This document shows positions 46,501-61,460 of a stretch of DNA of 64,000 bases, in pieces. The DNA is from Eledone cirrhosa (lineage: Eukaryota). Below the pieces are notes generated by a model. It was given only the letters and a program-made list of their open reading frames with translations. It searched no databases and was not told where the DNA came from. Position 1 is the stretch's first letter; each line of letters starts with the position of its first letter. Made by a program: the position numbers and the translations under genes. The stretch covers positions 87,358,001 to 87,422,000 of the forward strand of contig OZ024741.1 of assembly GCA_964016885.1 (NCBI GenBank), written 5' to 3'.

Positions 46501-49500
46501 ACCACTTGGTACACAGACACAGTCTACAACACATACACCACTTGGTACACAGACACAGTCTACAACACATACACCACTTGGTACACAGTCACACTCTACA
46601 ACACACACACATCACTTGGTACAGAGACACAGTCTACAACACATACCTCACTTGGTACACAGACACAGTCTACAACACACATACACCACTTGGTACACAG
46701 ACACAGTCTACAACACACATACCTCACTTGATACACAGACACAGTCTACAACACATACATCACTTGCTACACAGACACAGTCTACAAGACATACACCACT
46801 TGGTACACAGACACAGTCTACAACACATACATCACTTGGTACACAGACACAGTCTACAACACACATACCTCACTTGGTACACAGACACAGTCTACAACAC
46901 ATACACCACTTGGTACACAGACACAGTCTACATAACATACATCACTTGGTACACAGATACAGTCCACAACACATACATCACTTGGTACACAGACACATTC
47001 TACAACACATACATCACTTGGTACACAGACACAGTCTACAACACATACATAACTTGCTACACAGTCAAAGTCTACAACACATACACCACTTGGTACACAG
47101 ACACAGTCTACATAACATACATCACTTGGTACACAGATACAGTCCACAACACATACATCACTTGGTACACAGACACATTCTACAACACATACATCACTTG
47201 GTACACAGACACAGTCTACAACACATACATAACTTGCTACACAGACAAAGTCTACAACACATACACCACTTGGTACACAGACACAGTCTACAACACATAC
47301 ATCACTTGGTGCACAGACACAGTCTACAACACACATACACCACTTGGTACACAGACACAGTCTACAACACACATACCTCACTTGGTCCACAGACACAGTC
47401 TACAACACATACATCACTTGGTACACAGACACAGTCTACAACACACATAAATCCCTTCGTACACAGACACAGTCTACAACACATACGTAACTTGCTACAC
47501 AGACAAAGACTACAACACATACACCACTTGGTTCACAGACACAGTCTACAATACATACATCACTTGGTACACAGACACAGTCTACAACACATACACCACT
47601 TGGTACACAGACACAGTCTACAACACATACATCACTTGGTACACAGACAGTCTACAACACATACACCTCACTTGATACACAGACACAGTCCACAACACAT
47701 ACATCACTTGGTACACAGATACAGTCTACAACACATACACCACTTGGTACACAGACACAGTCTCCAATACATACATCACTTGGGACACAGACACAGTCCA
47801 CAACACATACATCACTTGGTACACAGACACAGTCTACAACACACATACACCACTTGGTACACAGACACAGTCTACAACACATACACCTCACTTGATACAC
47901 AGACACAGTCTACAACACATACACCACTTGGTACACAGACAGTCTACAACACATACACCTCACTTGATACACAGACACAGTCTACAACACATACACCACT
48001 TGGTACACAGACACAGTCTACAACACATACACCACTTGCTACACAGTCACACTCTACAACACACACACATCACTTGGTACAGAGACACAGTCTACAACAC
48101 ATACCTCACTTGGTACACAGACACAGTCTACAACACACATACACCACTTGGTACACAGACACAGTCTACAACACACATACCTCACTTGATACACAGACAC
48201 AGTCTACAACACATACATCACTTGCTACACAGACACAGTCTACAAGACATACACCACATGGTACACAGACACAGTCTACAACACACATACCTCACTTGGT
48301 CCACAGACACAGTCTACAACACATACACCACTTGGTACACAGACACAGTCTACAACACATACATCACTTGGTACACAGACACAGTCTACAACACATATTC
48401 CACTTGGTACACAGACACAGTCTACAACACATACATCACTTGGTACACAGACACAGTCTACAACACACATACCTCACTTGGTCCACAGACACAGTCTACA
48501 ACACATACTTAACTTGGTACACAGACACAGTCTACAACACATACACCACTTGGTACACAGACACAGTCTACAACACATACACCACTTGGTACACATACAC
48601 AGTCTACAACACATACACCACTTGGTACACAGACACAGTCTACAACACATACATCACTTGGTACACAGACACAGTCTACAACACACTACCTCACTTGGTC
48701 CACAGACACAGTCCACAACACATACATCACTTGGTACACAGACACAGTCTACAACACATACACCACTTGGTACACAGACACAGTCTACATAACATACATC
48801 ACTTGGTGCACAGACACAGTCTACAACACATACACCACTTGGTACACAGACACAGTCTACAACACATACATCACTTGGTGCACAGACACAGTCTACAACA
48901 CACATACACCACTTGGTACACAGACACAGTCTACAACACACATACCTCACTTGGTCCACAGACACAGTCTACAACACATACATCACTTGGTACACAGACA
49001 CAGTCTACAACACACATAAATCCCTTCGTACACAGACACAGTCTACAACACATACGTAACTTGCTACACAGACAAAGTCTACAACACATACACCACTTGG
49101 TTCACAGACACAGTCTACAATACATACATCACTTGGTACACAGACACAGTCTACAACACATACACCACTTGGTACACAGACACAGTCTACAACACATACA
49201 TCACTTGGTACACAGACAGTCTACAACACATACACCTCACTTGATACACAGACACAGTCCACAACACATACATCACTTGGTACACAGATACAGTCTACAA
49301 CACATACACCACTTGGTACACAGACACAGTCTCCAATACATACATCACTTGGGACACAGACACAGTCCACAACACATACATCACTTGGTACACAGACACA
49401 GTCTACAACACACATACACCACTTGGTACACAGACACAGTCTACAACACATACACCTCACTTGATACACAGACACAGTCTACAACACATACACCACTTGG

Positions 49501-50100
49501 TACACAGACAGTCTACAACACATACACCTCACTTGATACACAGACACAGTCTACAACACATACACCACTTGGTACACAGACACAGTCTACAACACATACA
49601 CCACTTGCTACACAGTCACACTCTACAACACACACACATCACTTGGTACAGAGACACAGTCTACAACACATACCTCACTTGGTACACAGACACAGTCTAC
49701 AACACACATACACCACTTGGTACACAGACACAGTCTACAACACACATACCTCACTTGATACACAGACACAGTCTACAACACATACATCACTTGCTACACA
49801 GACACAGTCTACAAGACATACACCACATGGTACACAGACACAGTCTACAACACACATACCTCACTTGGTCCACAGACACAGTCTACAACACATACACCAC
49901 TTGGTACACAGACACAGTCTACAACACATACATCACTTGGTACACAGACACAGTCTACAACACATATTCCACTTGGTACACAGACACAGTCTACAACACA
50001 TACATCACTTGGTACACAGACACAGTCTACAACACACATACCTCACTTGGTCCACAGACACAGTCTACAACACATACTTAACTTGGTACACAGACACAGT
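37590..50100. repeat. Tandem 6,259-bp satellite duplication, each copy with a nested 1,569-bp duplication
   Basis: Matching translations at 37781/44040, 38723/44982, 40357/46616 and 43586/49845 (offset 6259), and at 41393/42962 and 47652/49221 (offset 1569). Boundaries approximate. Confidence 0.87.
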
Positions 50101-53100
50101 CTACAACACATACACCACTTGGTACACAGACACAGTCTACAACACATACACCACTTGGTACACATACACAGTCTACAACACATACACCACTTGGTACACA
50201 GACACAGTCTACAACACATACATCACTTGGTACACAGACACAGTCTACAACACACTACCTCACTTGGTCCACAGACACAGTCCACAACACATACATCACT
50301 TGGTACACAGACACAGTCTACAACACATACACCACTTGGTACACAGACACAGTCTACATAACATACATCACTTGGTACACAGATACAGTCCACAACACAT
50401 ACATCACTTGGTACACAGACAGTCTACAACACATACATAACTTGCTACACAGACAAAGTCTACAACACATACACCACTTGGTACACTGACACAGTCTAAA
50501 ACACATACACCACTTGGTACACAGACACAGTCTAAAACACATACACCACTTGGTACACATACACAGTCTACAACACATACACCACTTGGTACACAGACAC
50601 AGTCTACAACACATACACCACTTGGTACACAGACACAGTTTACAACACACATACCTCACTTGTTACACAGACACAGTCTACAACATATACACCACTTTGT
50701 ACACAGACACAGTCTACATAACATACATCACTTGGTACACAGACACAGTCCACATCACATACATCACTTGGTACACAGACACAGTCTACAATACATACAT
50801 CACCTGGTACACAGACACAGTCTACAATACATACATCACCTGGTACACAGACACGGTCTACAACACATACATCACTTGGTACACAGACACAGTCTACAAC
50901 ACATACATCACTTGGTACACAGACACAGTCTACAATACATACATCACCTGGTACACAGACACAGTCTACAACACATACATCACGTGGTACACAGACACAG
51001 TCTACAACACATATTCCACTTGGTACACAGACACAGTCTACAACACGCACACATCACTTTGTACACATACACAACCACAACACATACATCACTTGGTACA
51101 CAGACACAGTCTACAACACATATTCCACTTGGTACACAGACACAGGCCATAACACGTACATCACTTGGTACACAGACACAGTCTACAACACGTATATCAC
51201 TTGCTACACAGACACAGGCTACAACATATACCTCACTTGGTACACAGACACAGTCTACAACACATACATCACTTGCTACACAGACAAAGTCTACAACACA
51301 TACATCACGTCGTACACAGACACAGTCTACAACACACACACATCACTTCGTACACATACACAACCACAACACATACATCACTTGGTACACAGACACAGTC
51401 TACAACACATCTTCCACTTGGTACACAGACACAGGCTACAACACATACATCACTTGGTACACAGACACAGTCTACAACACATATTCCACTTGGTACACAG
51501 ACACAGGCTACAACACATACATCACTTGGTACACAGACACAGTCTACAACACATATACACCACTTGGTACACAGACACAGTCTACAACACACATACCTCA
51601 CTTGATACACAGACACAGTCTACAACACATACATCACTTGCTACACAGACAAAGTCTACAACACATACATCACGTCGTACACAGACACAGTCTACAACAC
51701 ACATACACCACTTGGTACACAGACACAGTCTACAACACACATACCTCACTTGGTACACAGACACAGTCCACAACACATACACCACTTGGTACACAGACAC
51801 AGTCTACAACACATACACCACTTGGTACACAGACACAGTCTACAACACATACACCACTTGGTACACAGACACAGTCTACAATACATACATCACTTGGTAC
51901 ACAGACACAGTCTACAACACATACACCACTTGGTACACAGACACAGTCTACAATACATACATCACTTGGTACACAGACACAGTCTACAACACATACACCA
52001 CTTGGTACAAAGACACAGTCTACAACACATACATCACTTGGTACACAGACACAGTCTACAACACATACACCTCACTTGATACACAGACACAGTCCACAAC
52101 ACATACATCACTTGGTACACAGACACAGTCTACAACACATACACCACTTGGTACACAGACACAGTCTACAACACATACACCACTTGGTACACAGACACAG
52201 TCTACAACACACATACACCACTTGGTACACAGAATACAGTCTACAACACATACACCACTTGGTACACAGACACAGTCTACAACACATACACCACTTGCTA
52301 CACAGTCACACTCTACAACACACACACATCACTTGGTACAGAGACACAGTCTACAACACATACCTCACTTGGTACACAGACACAGTCTACAACACACATA
52401 CACCACTTGGTACACAGACACAGTCTACAACACACATACCTCACTTGATACACAGACACAGTCTACAACACATACATCACTTGCTACACAGACACAGTCT
52501 ACAAGACATACACCACTTGGTACACAGACACAGTCTACAACACATACATCACTTGGTACACAGACACAGTCTACAACACACATACCTCACTTGGTCCACA
52601 GACACAGTCTACAACACATACACCACTTGGTACACAGACACAGTCTACAACACATACACCACTTGGTACACAGACACAGTCTACAACACATACATCACTT
52701 GGTACACAGACACAGTCTACAACACACATACCTCACTTGGTCCACAGACACAGTCTACAACACATACACCACTTGGTACACAGACACAGTCTACATAACA
52801 TACATCACTTGGTACACAGATACAGTCCACAACACATACATCACTTGGTACACAGACAGTCTACAACACATACATAACTTGCTACACAGACAAAGTCTAC
52901 AACACATACACCACTTGGTACACAGACACAGTCTACAACACATACATCACTTGGTGCACAGACACAGTCTACAACACACATACACCACTTGGTACACAGA
53001 CACAGTCTACAACACACATACCTCACTTGGTCCACAGACACAGTCTACAACACATACATCACTTGGTACACAGACACAGTCCACAACACATACATCACTT

Positions 53101-56100
53101 GGTACACAGACACAGTCTACAACACACATAAATCACTTCGTACACAGACACAGTCTACAACACATACATCACTTGGTACACAGACAGTCTACAACACATA
53201 CACCTCACTTGATACACAGACACAGTCCACAACACATACATCACTTGGTACACAGATACAGTCTACAACACATACACCACTTGGTACACAGACACAGTCT
53301 CCAATACATACATCACTTGGGACACAGACACAGTCCACAACACATACATCACTTGGTACACAGACACAGTCTACAACACACATACACCACTTGGTACACA
53401 GACACAGTCTACAACACATACCTCACTTGGTACACAGACACAGTCTACAACACATACACCTCACTTGATACACAGACACAGTCTACAACACATACACCAC
53501 TTGGTACACAGACAGTCTACAACACATACACCTCACTTGATACACAGACACAGTCTACAACACATACACCACTTGGTACACAGACACAGTCTACAACACA
53601 TACACCACTTGCTACACAGTCACACTCTACAACACCAACACATCACTTGGTACAGAGACACAGTCTACAACACATACCTCACTTGGTACACAGACACAGT
53701 CTACAACACACATACACCACTTGGTACACAGACACAGTCTACAACACACATACCTCACTTGATACACAGACACAGTCTACAACACATACATCACTTGCTA
53801 CACAGACACAGTCTACAAGACATACACCACTTGGTACACAGACACAGTCCACAACACATACATCACCTGGTACACAGACACAGTCTACAACACACATACA
53901 CCACTTGGTACCCAGACACAGTCTACAACACACATACCTCACTTGATACACAGACACAGTCTACAACACATACATCACTTGCTACACAGACACAGTCTAC
54001 AAGACATACACCACTTGGTACACAGACACAGTCTACAACACATACACCACTTGGTACACAGACACAGTCTACAACACATACACCACTTGCTACACAGTCA
54101 CACTCTACAACACACACACATCACTTGGTACACAGACACAGTCTACAACACATACCTCACTTGGTACACAGACACAGTCTACAACACACATACACCACTT
54201 GGTACACAGACACAGTCTACAACACACATACCTCACTTGATACACAGACACAGTCTACAACACATACATCACTTGCTACACAGACACAGTCTACAAGACA
54301 TACACCACATGGTACACAGACACAGTCTACAACACACATACCTCACTTGGTCCACAGACACAGTCTACAACACATACACCACTTGGTACACAGACACAGT
54401 CTACAACACATACATCACTTGGTACACAGACACAGTCTACAACACATATTCCACTTGGTACACAGACACAGTCTACAACACATACATCACTTGGTACACA
54501 GACACAGTCTACAACACACATACCTCACTTGGTCCACAGACACAGTCTACAACACATACTTAACTTGGTACACAGACACAGCCTACAACACATACACCAC
54601 TTGGTACACAGACACAGTCTACAACACATACACCACTTGGTACACAGACACAGTCTACAACACATACATCACTTGGTACACAGACACAGTCTACAACACA
54701 CATACCTCACTTGGTCCACAGACACAGTCTACAACACATACTTAACTTGGTACACAGACACAGCCTACAACACATACACCACTTGGTACACAGACACAGC
54801 CTACAACACATACACCACTTGGTACACAGACACAGTCTACAACACATACATCACTTGGTACACAGACACAGTCTACAACACACTACCTCACTTGGTCCAC
54901 AGACACAGTCCACAACACATACATCACTTGGTACATAGACACAGTCTACAACACATACACCACTTGGTACACAGACACAGTCTACATAACATACATCACT
55001 TGGTACACAGATACAGTCCACAACACATACATCACTTGATACACAGACACAGTCTACAACACATACACCACTTGGTACACAGACACAGCCTACAACACAT
55101 ACACCACTTGGTACACAGACACAGTCTACAACACATACACCACTTGGTACACAGACACAGCCTACAACACATACACCACTTGGTACACAGACACAGCCTA
55201 CAACACATACATCACTTGGTACACAGACACAGTCTACAACACATACACCACTTGGTACACAGACACAGTCTACATAACATACATCACTTGGTACACAGAT
55301 ACAGTCCACAACACATACACCACTTGGTACACAGACAGTCTACAACACATACATAACTTGCTACACAGACAAAGTCTACAACACATACACCACTTGGTAC
55401 ACAGACACAGTCTACATAACATACATCACTTGGTACACAGACACAGTCTACATAACATACATCACTTGGTACACAGATACAGTCTACAACACACATACAC
55501 CACTTGGTACACAGACACAGTCTACAACACATACGTAACTTGCTATACAGACAAAGTCTACAACACATACACCACTTGGTACACAGATACAGTCCACAAC
55601 ACATACATCACTTGCTACACAGACACAGTCTACAACACATACATCACTTGGTACACAGATACAGTCCACAACACATACATCACTTGCTACACAGACACAG
55701 TCTACAACACATACACCACTTGGTACACAGACACAGTCTACAACACATACATCACTTGGTACACAGATACAGTCTACAACACACATACACCACTTGGTAC
55801 ACAGACACAGTCTACAACACATACACCACTTGGTACACAGACACAGTCCACAACACATACATGACTTGGTACACAGACACAGTCTACAACACATACATAA
55901 CTTGCTACACAGACAAAGTCTACAACACATACATCACTTGGTACACAGATACAGTCTACAACATACATACACAACTTGGTACACAGACACAGTCTACAAC
56001 ACACATACCTCACTTGATACACAGACACAGTCTACAACACATACATCACTTGCTACACAGACAAAGTCTACAACACATACATCACTTGGTACACAGACAG

Positions 56101-57025
56101 AGTCTACAACACACATACACAACTTGGTACACAGACACAGTCTACAACACATACACCACTTGGTACACAGACACGGTCTACAACACATACACCACTTGGT
56201 ACACACACACAGTCTACAACACATACATCACTTGGTACACATACACAGTCTACAACACATACATCACATGGTACACAGACACAGTCTACAACACATACAC
56301 CACTTGGTACACAGACACAGTCTACGACACATACATCACTTGGTACACAGACAGAGTCTACAACACATACATCACTTGGTACACAGACACAGTCTACAAC
56401 ACACATACATCACTTGGTACACAGACACAGTCTATAACACATACATCACTTTGTACACAGACACAGTCTACAACACACATACCTCACTTGGTACACAGAT
56501 ACAGTCTACAACACATACATCACTTGCTACACAGACACAGTCTACAACACATACATTATTTGGTACACAGACACAGTCTACAACACACATACCTCACTTG
56601 GTACACAGACACAGTCTACAACACATACACCACTTGGTACACAGACACAGTCTAAAACACATACACCACTTGGTACACAGACACAGTCTACAACACACAT
56701 ACCTCACTTGGTACACAGACACAGTCTACAACACACATACCTCACTTGGTACACAGACACAGTTTACAACACATACATCACTTGGTAAACAGACTCGGTC
56801 TACAACACCTACGTCACTTGGTACACAGACACAGTCTACAACACACATACCTCACTTGGTACACAGACACAGTCTACAACACATACAGCACTTGGTACAC
56901 AGACACAGTCTACAACACATACATCACCTGGTACACAGACACAGTCTACAATACATACATCACTTGGTAAACAGACTCGGTCTACAACACCTACGTCACT
57001 TGGTACACAGACACAGTCTACAACA

Positions 57026-57407
57026 TATATACATACATACATACAGATACATACACATATATAAACACAAACAATTGTAATACAAACATGCACATAGATC
57101 GAACTACATATACATACCCCACACAGACTTACATACACACACATTGATACACACTCAGTCACCCACACATCCACACACACACACACATAGTCCGAACTAC
57201 ACATACATTCACACACACACACACACACTGACAATACGGTAATACACACACACTAAAAATGTAATTACACCCATGAACACACAACCTGGCTGGTACACAG
57301 ATACAAACACACACCAACATACACCCATCCCAACACACATACCAACAAAGAATTAATACAATAGACACACACAGACACATTTCATTTTTTAAAATATTAC
57401 AAACCTG

Positions 57408-57443
<36 letters not shown>

Positions 57444-57605
57444 CACACGACACACACACACACACCACACAACACACAACACAACACACACACAACACAC
57501 AACAACACACACAAGACACACACATACAATACACAACACACAACACACACACACACAACACACACAACACAACACACACACACACACACATACTTACATA
57601 CACAC
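57026..57605. repeat. Degenerate CA-rich low-complexity tract and (CA)n/(CAA) microsatellite at the array edge
   Basis: Imperfect CA/TACA runs, then nearly pure CA/CAA repeats at ~57410-57590. Confidence 0.92.
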
Positions 57606-57939
57606 TTCACCTCATCCTCATCTTTTATGATAACATGTTTGATTTTCAGCAGTTACCAGCACCATTCTTTCCACTACACATACACACCTAACCGCAACCT
57701 GACATATCTCAATAAACTCTTTGACACTCTCTAGCCATTCTTTCTTTTTGAGACATTCCAATCCCCTCTCCTACTTAAAAATCTTCCCCACTTGATACTC
57801 TTACGACATGTTGCTTCTGTTCAACAGACAGAACAGCTTTTCCACTACTTCTAAGCTTAACAAACCACATTTTTATTCTGACTACAGATTTTTCACATCC
57901 GAGCGTATCATTTCTCAGAAATTACCTGGTATTCTACCA

Positions 57940-58140
57940 CCCCACCCCCCACCTCATACTATACTCATACACCTTTCAAATGGTACATGCCCCCCCCCCC
58001 ACACACACACACGCACACTCACACACTCACACTTACGCATACACAAACACACATATACCTATATAATATGCTATACCCCGCACTCACTTATACAAACCGT
58101 ATACTCACAATATGTACAAACACATTCACCCGCACACATA
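57940..58140. repeat. Degenerate C/A-rich low-complexity tract
   Basis: Poly-C runs followed by imperfect (CA)n. Confidence 0.65.
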
Positions 58141-58640
58141 TTTCTCCTGATACACGCAAACAACATACAAAGTGGCATATCTTCTGCAGCATATTGCAAC
58201 AACTCTTCGTCACTGTTTACCAAATATTCTGCAAGTGTTCTCTTTCACTCCTTGTACTATAATCCACACCAAAGAGGCTTCTACCACCATTCTTTCTCTT
58301 CATCTACAATCTGTTTATATTTACTTTAGGGTGCAAAACTCCATACAATATCATTAACCTTCTCGTCTTTCTATCCAACTTTGTTATTTCTTCTTTAGTT
58401 CACCTGAGAATGGACGCACTATATCTAACCACTGCAACTGCTAAGATATTCATTGCAGTGACTAGATTTCTCGCATTCAGGTTGGATTTTTTTTTCTTTC
58501 ATTTCAGCATGTAAAATATCACCTGTTCTAAAATATCCAAATACCTGTATCCACTATCTTCCATTTCTCTTATAGTTTCTCTCGGTGGCAGTCATAATTC
58601 ACTACAGACTGCTTTTTTCACTGTTTTCATATTAAACACA

Positions 58641-58970
58641 GTACCGGTAACGCACTGGGGGTCGACATTCTTCTCAAAATTGTTGGCCTTGTGCTTAAAT
58701 CAGAAACCATTATTAGAGTGCTGGTGATTGGCAGTATCGGTAGTGCATCGGACATTATATTTTGGAGCATATAGTTAAGGCTTTTTACATACTGAATTCA
58801 AATTCCGCCGAAGTTAGCTTTGCCTTTCATCCTTACGTGGTCGATAAAATAATTACCAGTAACGCACTGGGATCGATTTAATCGACATTTCCCTTCCCTT
58901 CAAATTACTGGTCTTGTGCCAAAAGTAGAAACAATTATTACGAATCTGGAGGATTGGCAGAAACGATAGA
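58641..58970 (+). mobile_element. Head-to-tail SINE cluster: 3' part of one copy (58641-58715), a full degenerate copy (~58721-58940), and the head of a third (~58946-58970)
   Basis: B-box-like GAATTCAAATTCC. Core CTTTGCCTTTCATCCTT..GGTCGATAAAATAATTACCAGT..CACTGGG recurs at other loci in the window. Tails AGAAAC(C/A)ATTATTA are 225 bp apart. Resembles the abundant octopus tRNA-derived SINE (from memory). Confidence 0.8.
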
Positions 58971-58980
58971 GAAGCGTGTA

Positions 58981-59007
58981 TACACACACACACACACACA
59001 CACACAT

Positions 59008-59040
<33 letters not shown>
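58981..59040. repeat. (CA)n(TA)n compound microsatellite
   Basis: Direct reading. Confidence 0.95.
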
Positions 59041-59041
<1 letters not shown>

Positions 59042-59608
59042 TTATATTCTTGCATTATATGTTTATCTGTATTCCTTAATGTTTGTATGTAATGGATCTT
59101 CTAGCATTGTTCAATTTAATTTATGTCTCCCAATGAACTACTTCAGTGATTGCTTAGTCTGCGAAAGATGCACATAAAAAATATAACATTATGAATTACA
59201 TATGTTCAAAAGAGAAACAAAATGAAGTATTGAAACAATTGTAGAAGAATGTACAACAAAAGTTAATTTTCATCATCTATTGTCACCGTGGTTCGAATAT
59301 ATCTATCTATCTATATATATATATATATAGAGAGAGAGATAGATAGATATATTCGTACCATGGTGACAATAGATGATGAAAATTACATTTATTGTACATT
59401 CTTCTACAATTGTTTCAATACTTCATTTTGTTTCTCTTTTGAACATATGTAATTCATAATGTTATATTTTTTATGTGCATCGTTCGCAGACTAAGCAATC
59501 ACTGAAGTAGTTCATTGGGAGACATAAATTAAATTGAATAATGCTAGAAGATCCATTACATACAAACATTAAGGAATAAAGATAAACATATAATGCAAGA
59601 ATATAAAT
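59040..59608. repeat. ~570-bp near-perfect palindrome (arms ~270 bp) centred on a (TATC)n(TA)n(GA)n(GATA)n microsatellite
   Basis: ATTTATATTCTTGCATTATATG... at 59040 is the reverse complement of ...CATATAATGCAAGAATATAAAT ending at 59608. Arms pair throughout, with about 7-8 differences counted by eye. Confidence 0.95.
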
Positions 59609-61289
59609 TGCTTGGATACATAATATTAAAACATTAAATAAAGCAATATAAAATATATATATATAAATATATAAACATGAACAATAATAACCCCATAGGG
59701 AGAATCATATATTCTCAGACGAACCAACTTGTTGCATTGAGCACTAAAGTAAATTTGTGAGACGTGAATATGATTTATTTATATGAAAGTTTATTTGTAT
59801 AAATCTTGATTTTCCCACCTAATTGTGCATTGTTGTCATCTTCTAAACTCACTCATATTTTATTCACATAAGGCTTCGAACAAATCTCATCAAAAGCAAA
59901 AATAGATAAATAAATAAATCAACATCACTGTGTTGTAATGAAAAGAGAAAACAATTATTTAATTTTAAATGTCATTAAAACATCAAAGCGAATTTGAATT
60001 GAATTTTGAACTAGTGGAAGAATTTATATTCATCAAACGGCGGCTATTACTGATTGATCTGTGAGACACAGCGGGGTAAAATCATATCTTCACAAAAATA
60101 CATTGTCCTCACTATTACTCTGTTACTCGACAAATATAAATTTAACAAACATTTATACGAGGTCATACTTCATATTTCGATACCATGAATTCGAAGCATA
60201 TTTCTTTTTTACCATTCATATTTCTGTTTTGTCATATATAGAGGTTCACGAGCCCGAACTATTGATATATTGAAAATAATATCTTATTTATTTCAAATCT
60301 CTATTATACAGTACATCATATTAATTTTTTACATTTCAGGGCATTCAGTTTTGATCTCAGAGCCACGTTGCTTCACAGCTGCACTGAAATTCATGTCCTC
60401 CTGTGAGGGGCTCCCTTTATATAAAAAGTATGCATTTTGTTTCTTTATCAACAATCTTCTTCTGTCTTTACCCCTCTTCCTTCCAGCTACTCTTACATTC
60501 GTCACAAAAAAATGGTCATACTACTTTGGCATCGTCGGATCCTGGTCCTAAAGACGAAGCAAAAGTTTCGATCATCCTCGGGTTATAACTGATAGTGCGA
60601 TGGTTGGACTGTTGAAACATCACCCTCCACGACCTCCCATTGCTGCTAGCTCTGTTGCTATCTATCCCCATCTCTTTCTCTCACACCCACACTCTCTCCT
60701 TTTCTCTTTAACTTTCCATTTCCTTACTGTCACAGTAGCTGGGATATCTGTTCTATATTGCTGATTACATTGTTTTGGTTTCCATAACCACGATTGGACA
60801 TGTCCCGGAATGGTCCATCGAATTTTGCTGGACATTATAATGTGTATACCGTCTTCTTATGACCACATGCGATTTTTAGTCAACTCTGCACTCACCACCC
60901 ATCCACTGTGCCCTTATCCACATAAATGTAATTGACTTTTTTTTCTTTCAAAACGTGTTTGCTGTAAAATATTCGTGCTTTTTTATATCTTTTTCTTTAT
61001 ATCTTTATATTTTTTATATCTTTTTTTTTATTTAGTTTATCGAGTCTTATCATGTCTCTTAATAAATATAAACTAGAAAAACATTATGTTTAATATGTTG
61101 TTTTTCCCCAAATAGGATGGGAAAACCACAAAAGGTAAACTTCTCACCGTTTTATGCAGAAAAATCTTTGAGATACGACACAGAAATAAACGTGCATTTG
61201 TTAGGTGGAAATATCAATAAATGATAAACCCAAAGATGTGCGGTAGATAACACGTCTTGTCTGGGTAAAATACAACAACAACAACGAAA

Positions 61290-61455
61290 GGAAAGTTGAT
61301 TGTATTGGCACTAGTACGTGATTGGTACTTTATTTTATCGACCAAGGAAGGATAAAAGCAGAGTCGACCTCGACGGGATATGAAAATAGAACATAATGAA
61401 ATATTGCAATGCATTTCATCCAATGTACTAACGAGATCTGTCAATCTACCACCTT
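61290..61455 (-). mobile_element. Degenerate SINE, same family as 58721-58940
   Basis: Reverse complement gives head GGTGGTAGATTGACAGATCTCGTTAGTAC..GAAATGC and core GAGGTCGACTCTGCTTTTATCCTTCCTTGGTCGATAAAATAAAGTACCAATC. Confidence 0.75.
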
Positions 61456-61460
61456 AACAA

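Larger units (their letters stand above)
1..57025. repeat. 36-bp CA-rich satellite array (~1,400 monomers), interrupted by five ~1.09-kb inserts; truncated at the window's left edge
   Basis: Continuous head-to-tail repeats of ACAACACATACA(C/T)CACTTGGTACACAGACACAGTCT, with 38-bp (+CA) and 34-bp (-CA) variants. All monomers I read are in one orientation. Copy number is estimated from length divided by ~36. Confidence 0.99.

Noticed and set aside
1-57025. CRISPR-like array (36-bp periodicity)
   Set aside because: Repeats are contiguous with no unique spacers, there are no cas genes, and the context is eukaryotic.
6-57249. Long His-, Thr- or Cys/Val-rich ORFs up to 1,484 aa (HRHSLQHIHHLV, TWYTDTVYNTY, VVDCVCVPSG repeats)
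   Set aside because: The 36-bp monomer is a multiple of 3 and lacks stops in most frames. The ORFs overlap in several frames on both strands and swap frame at every CA slip, which is not how a constrained coding repeat behaves.
60329-60520. 63-codon open frame on the minus strand (YDHFFVTNVRVAGRKRGKDRRR...CPEM*) as a possible exon
   Set aside because: No recognisable homology and no polypyrimidine tract at the would-be acceptor; it needs RNA-seq or tblastn support.
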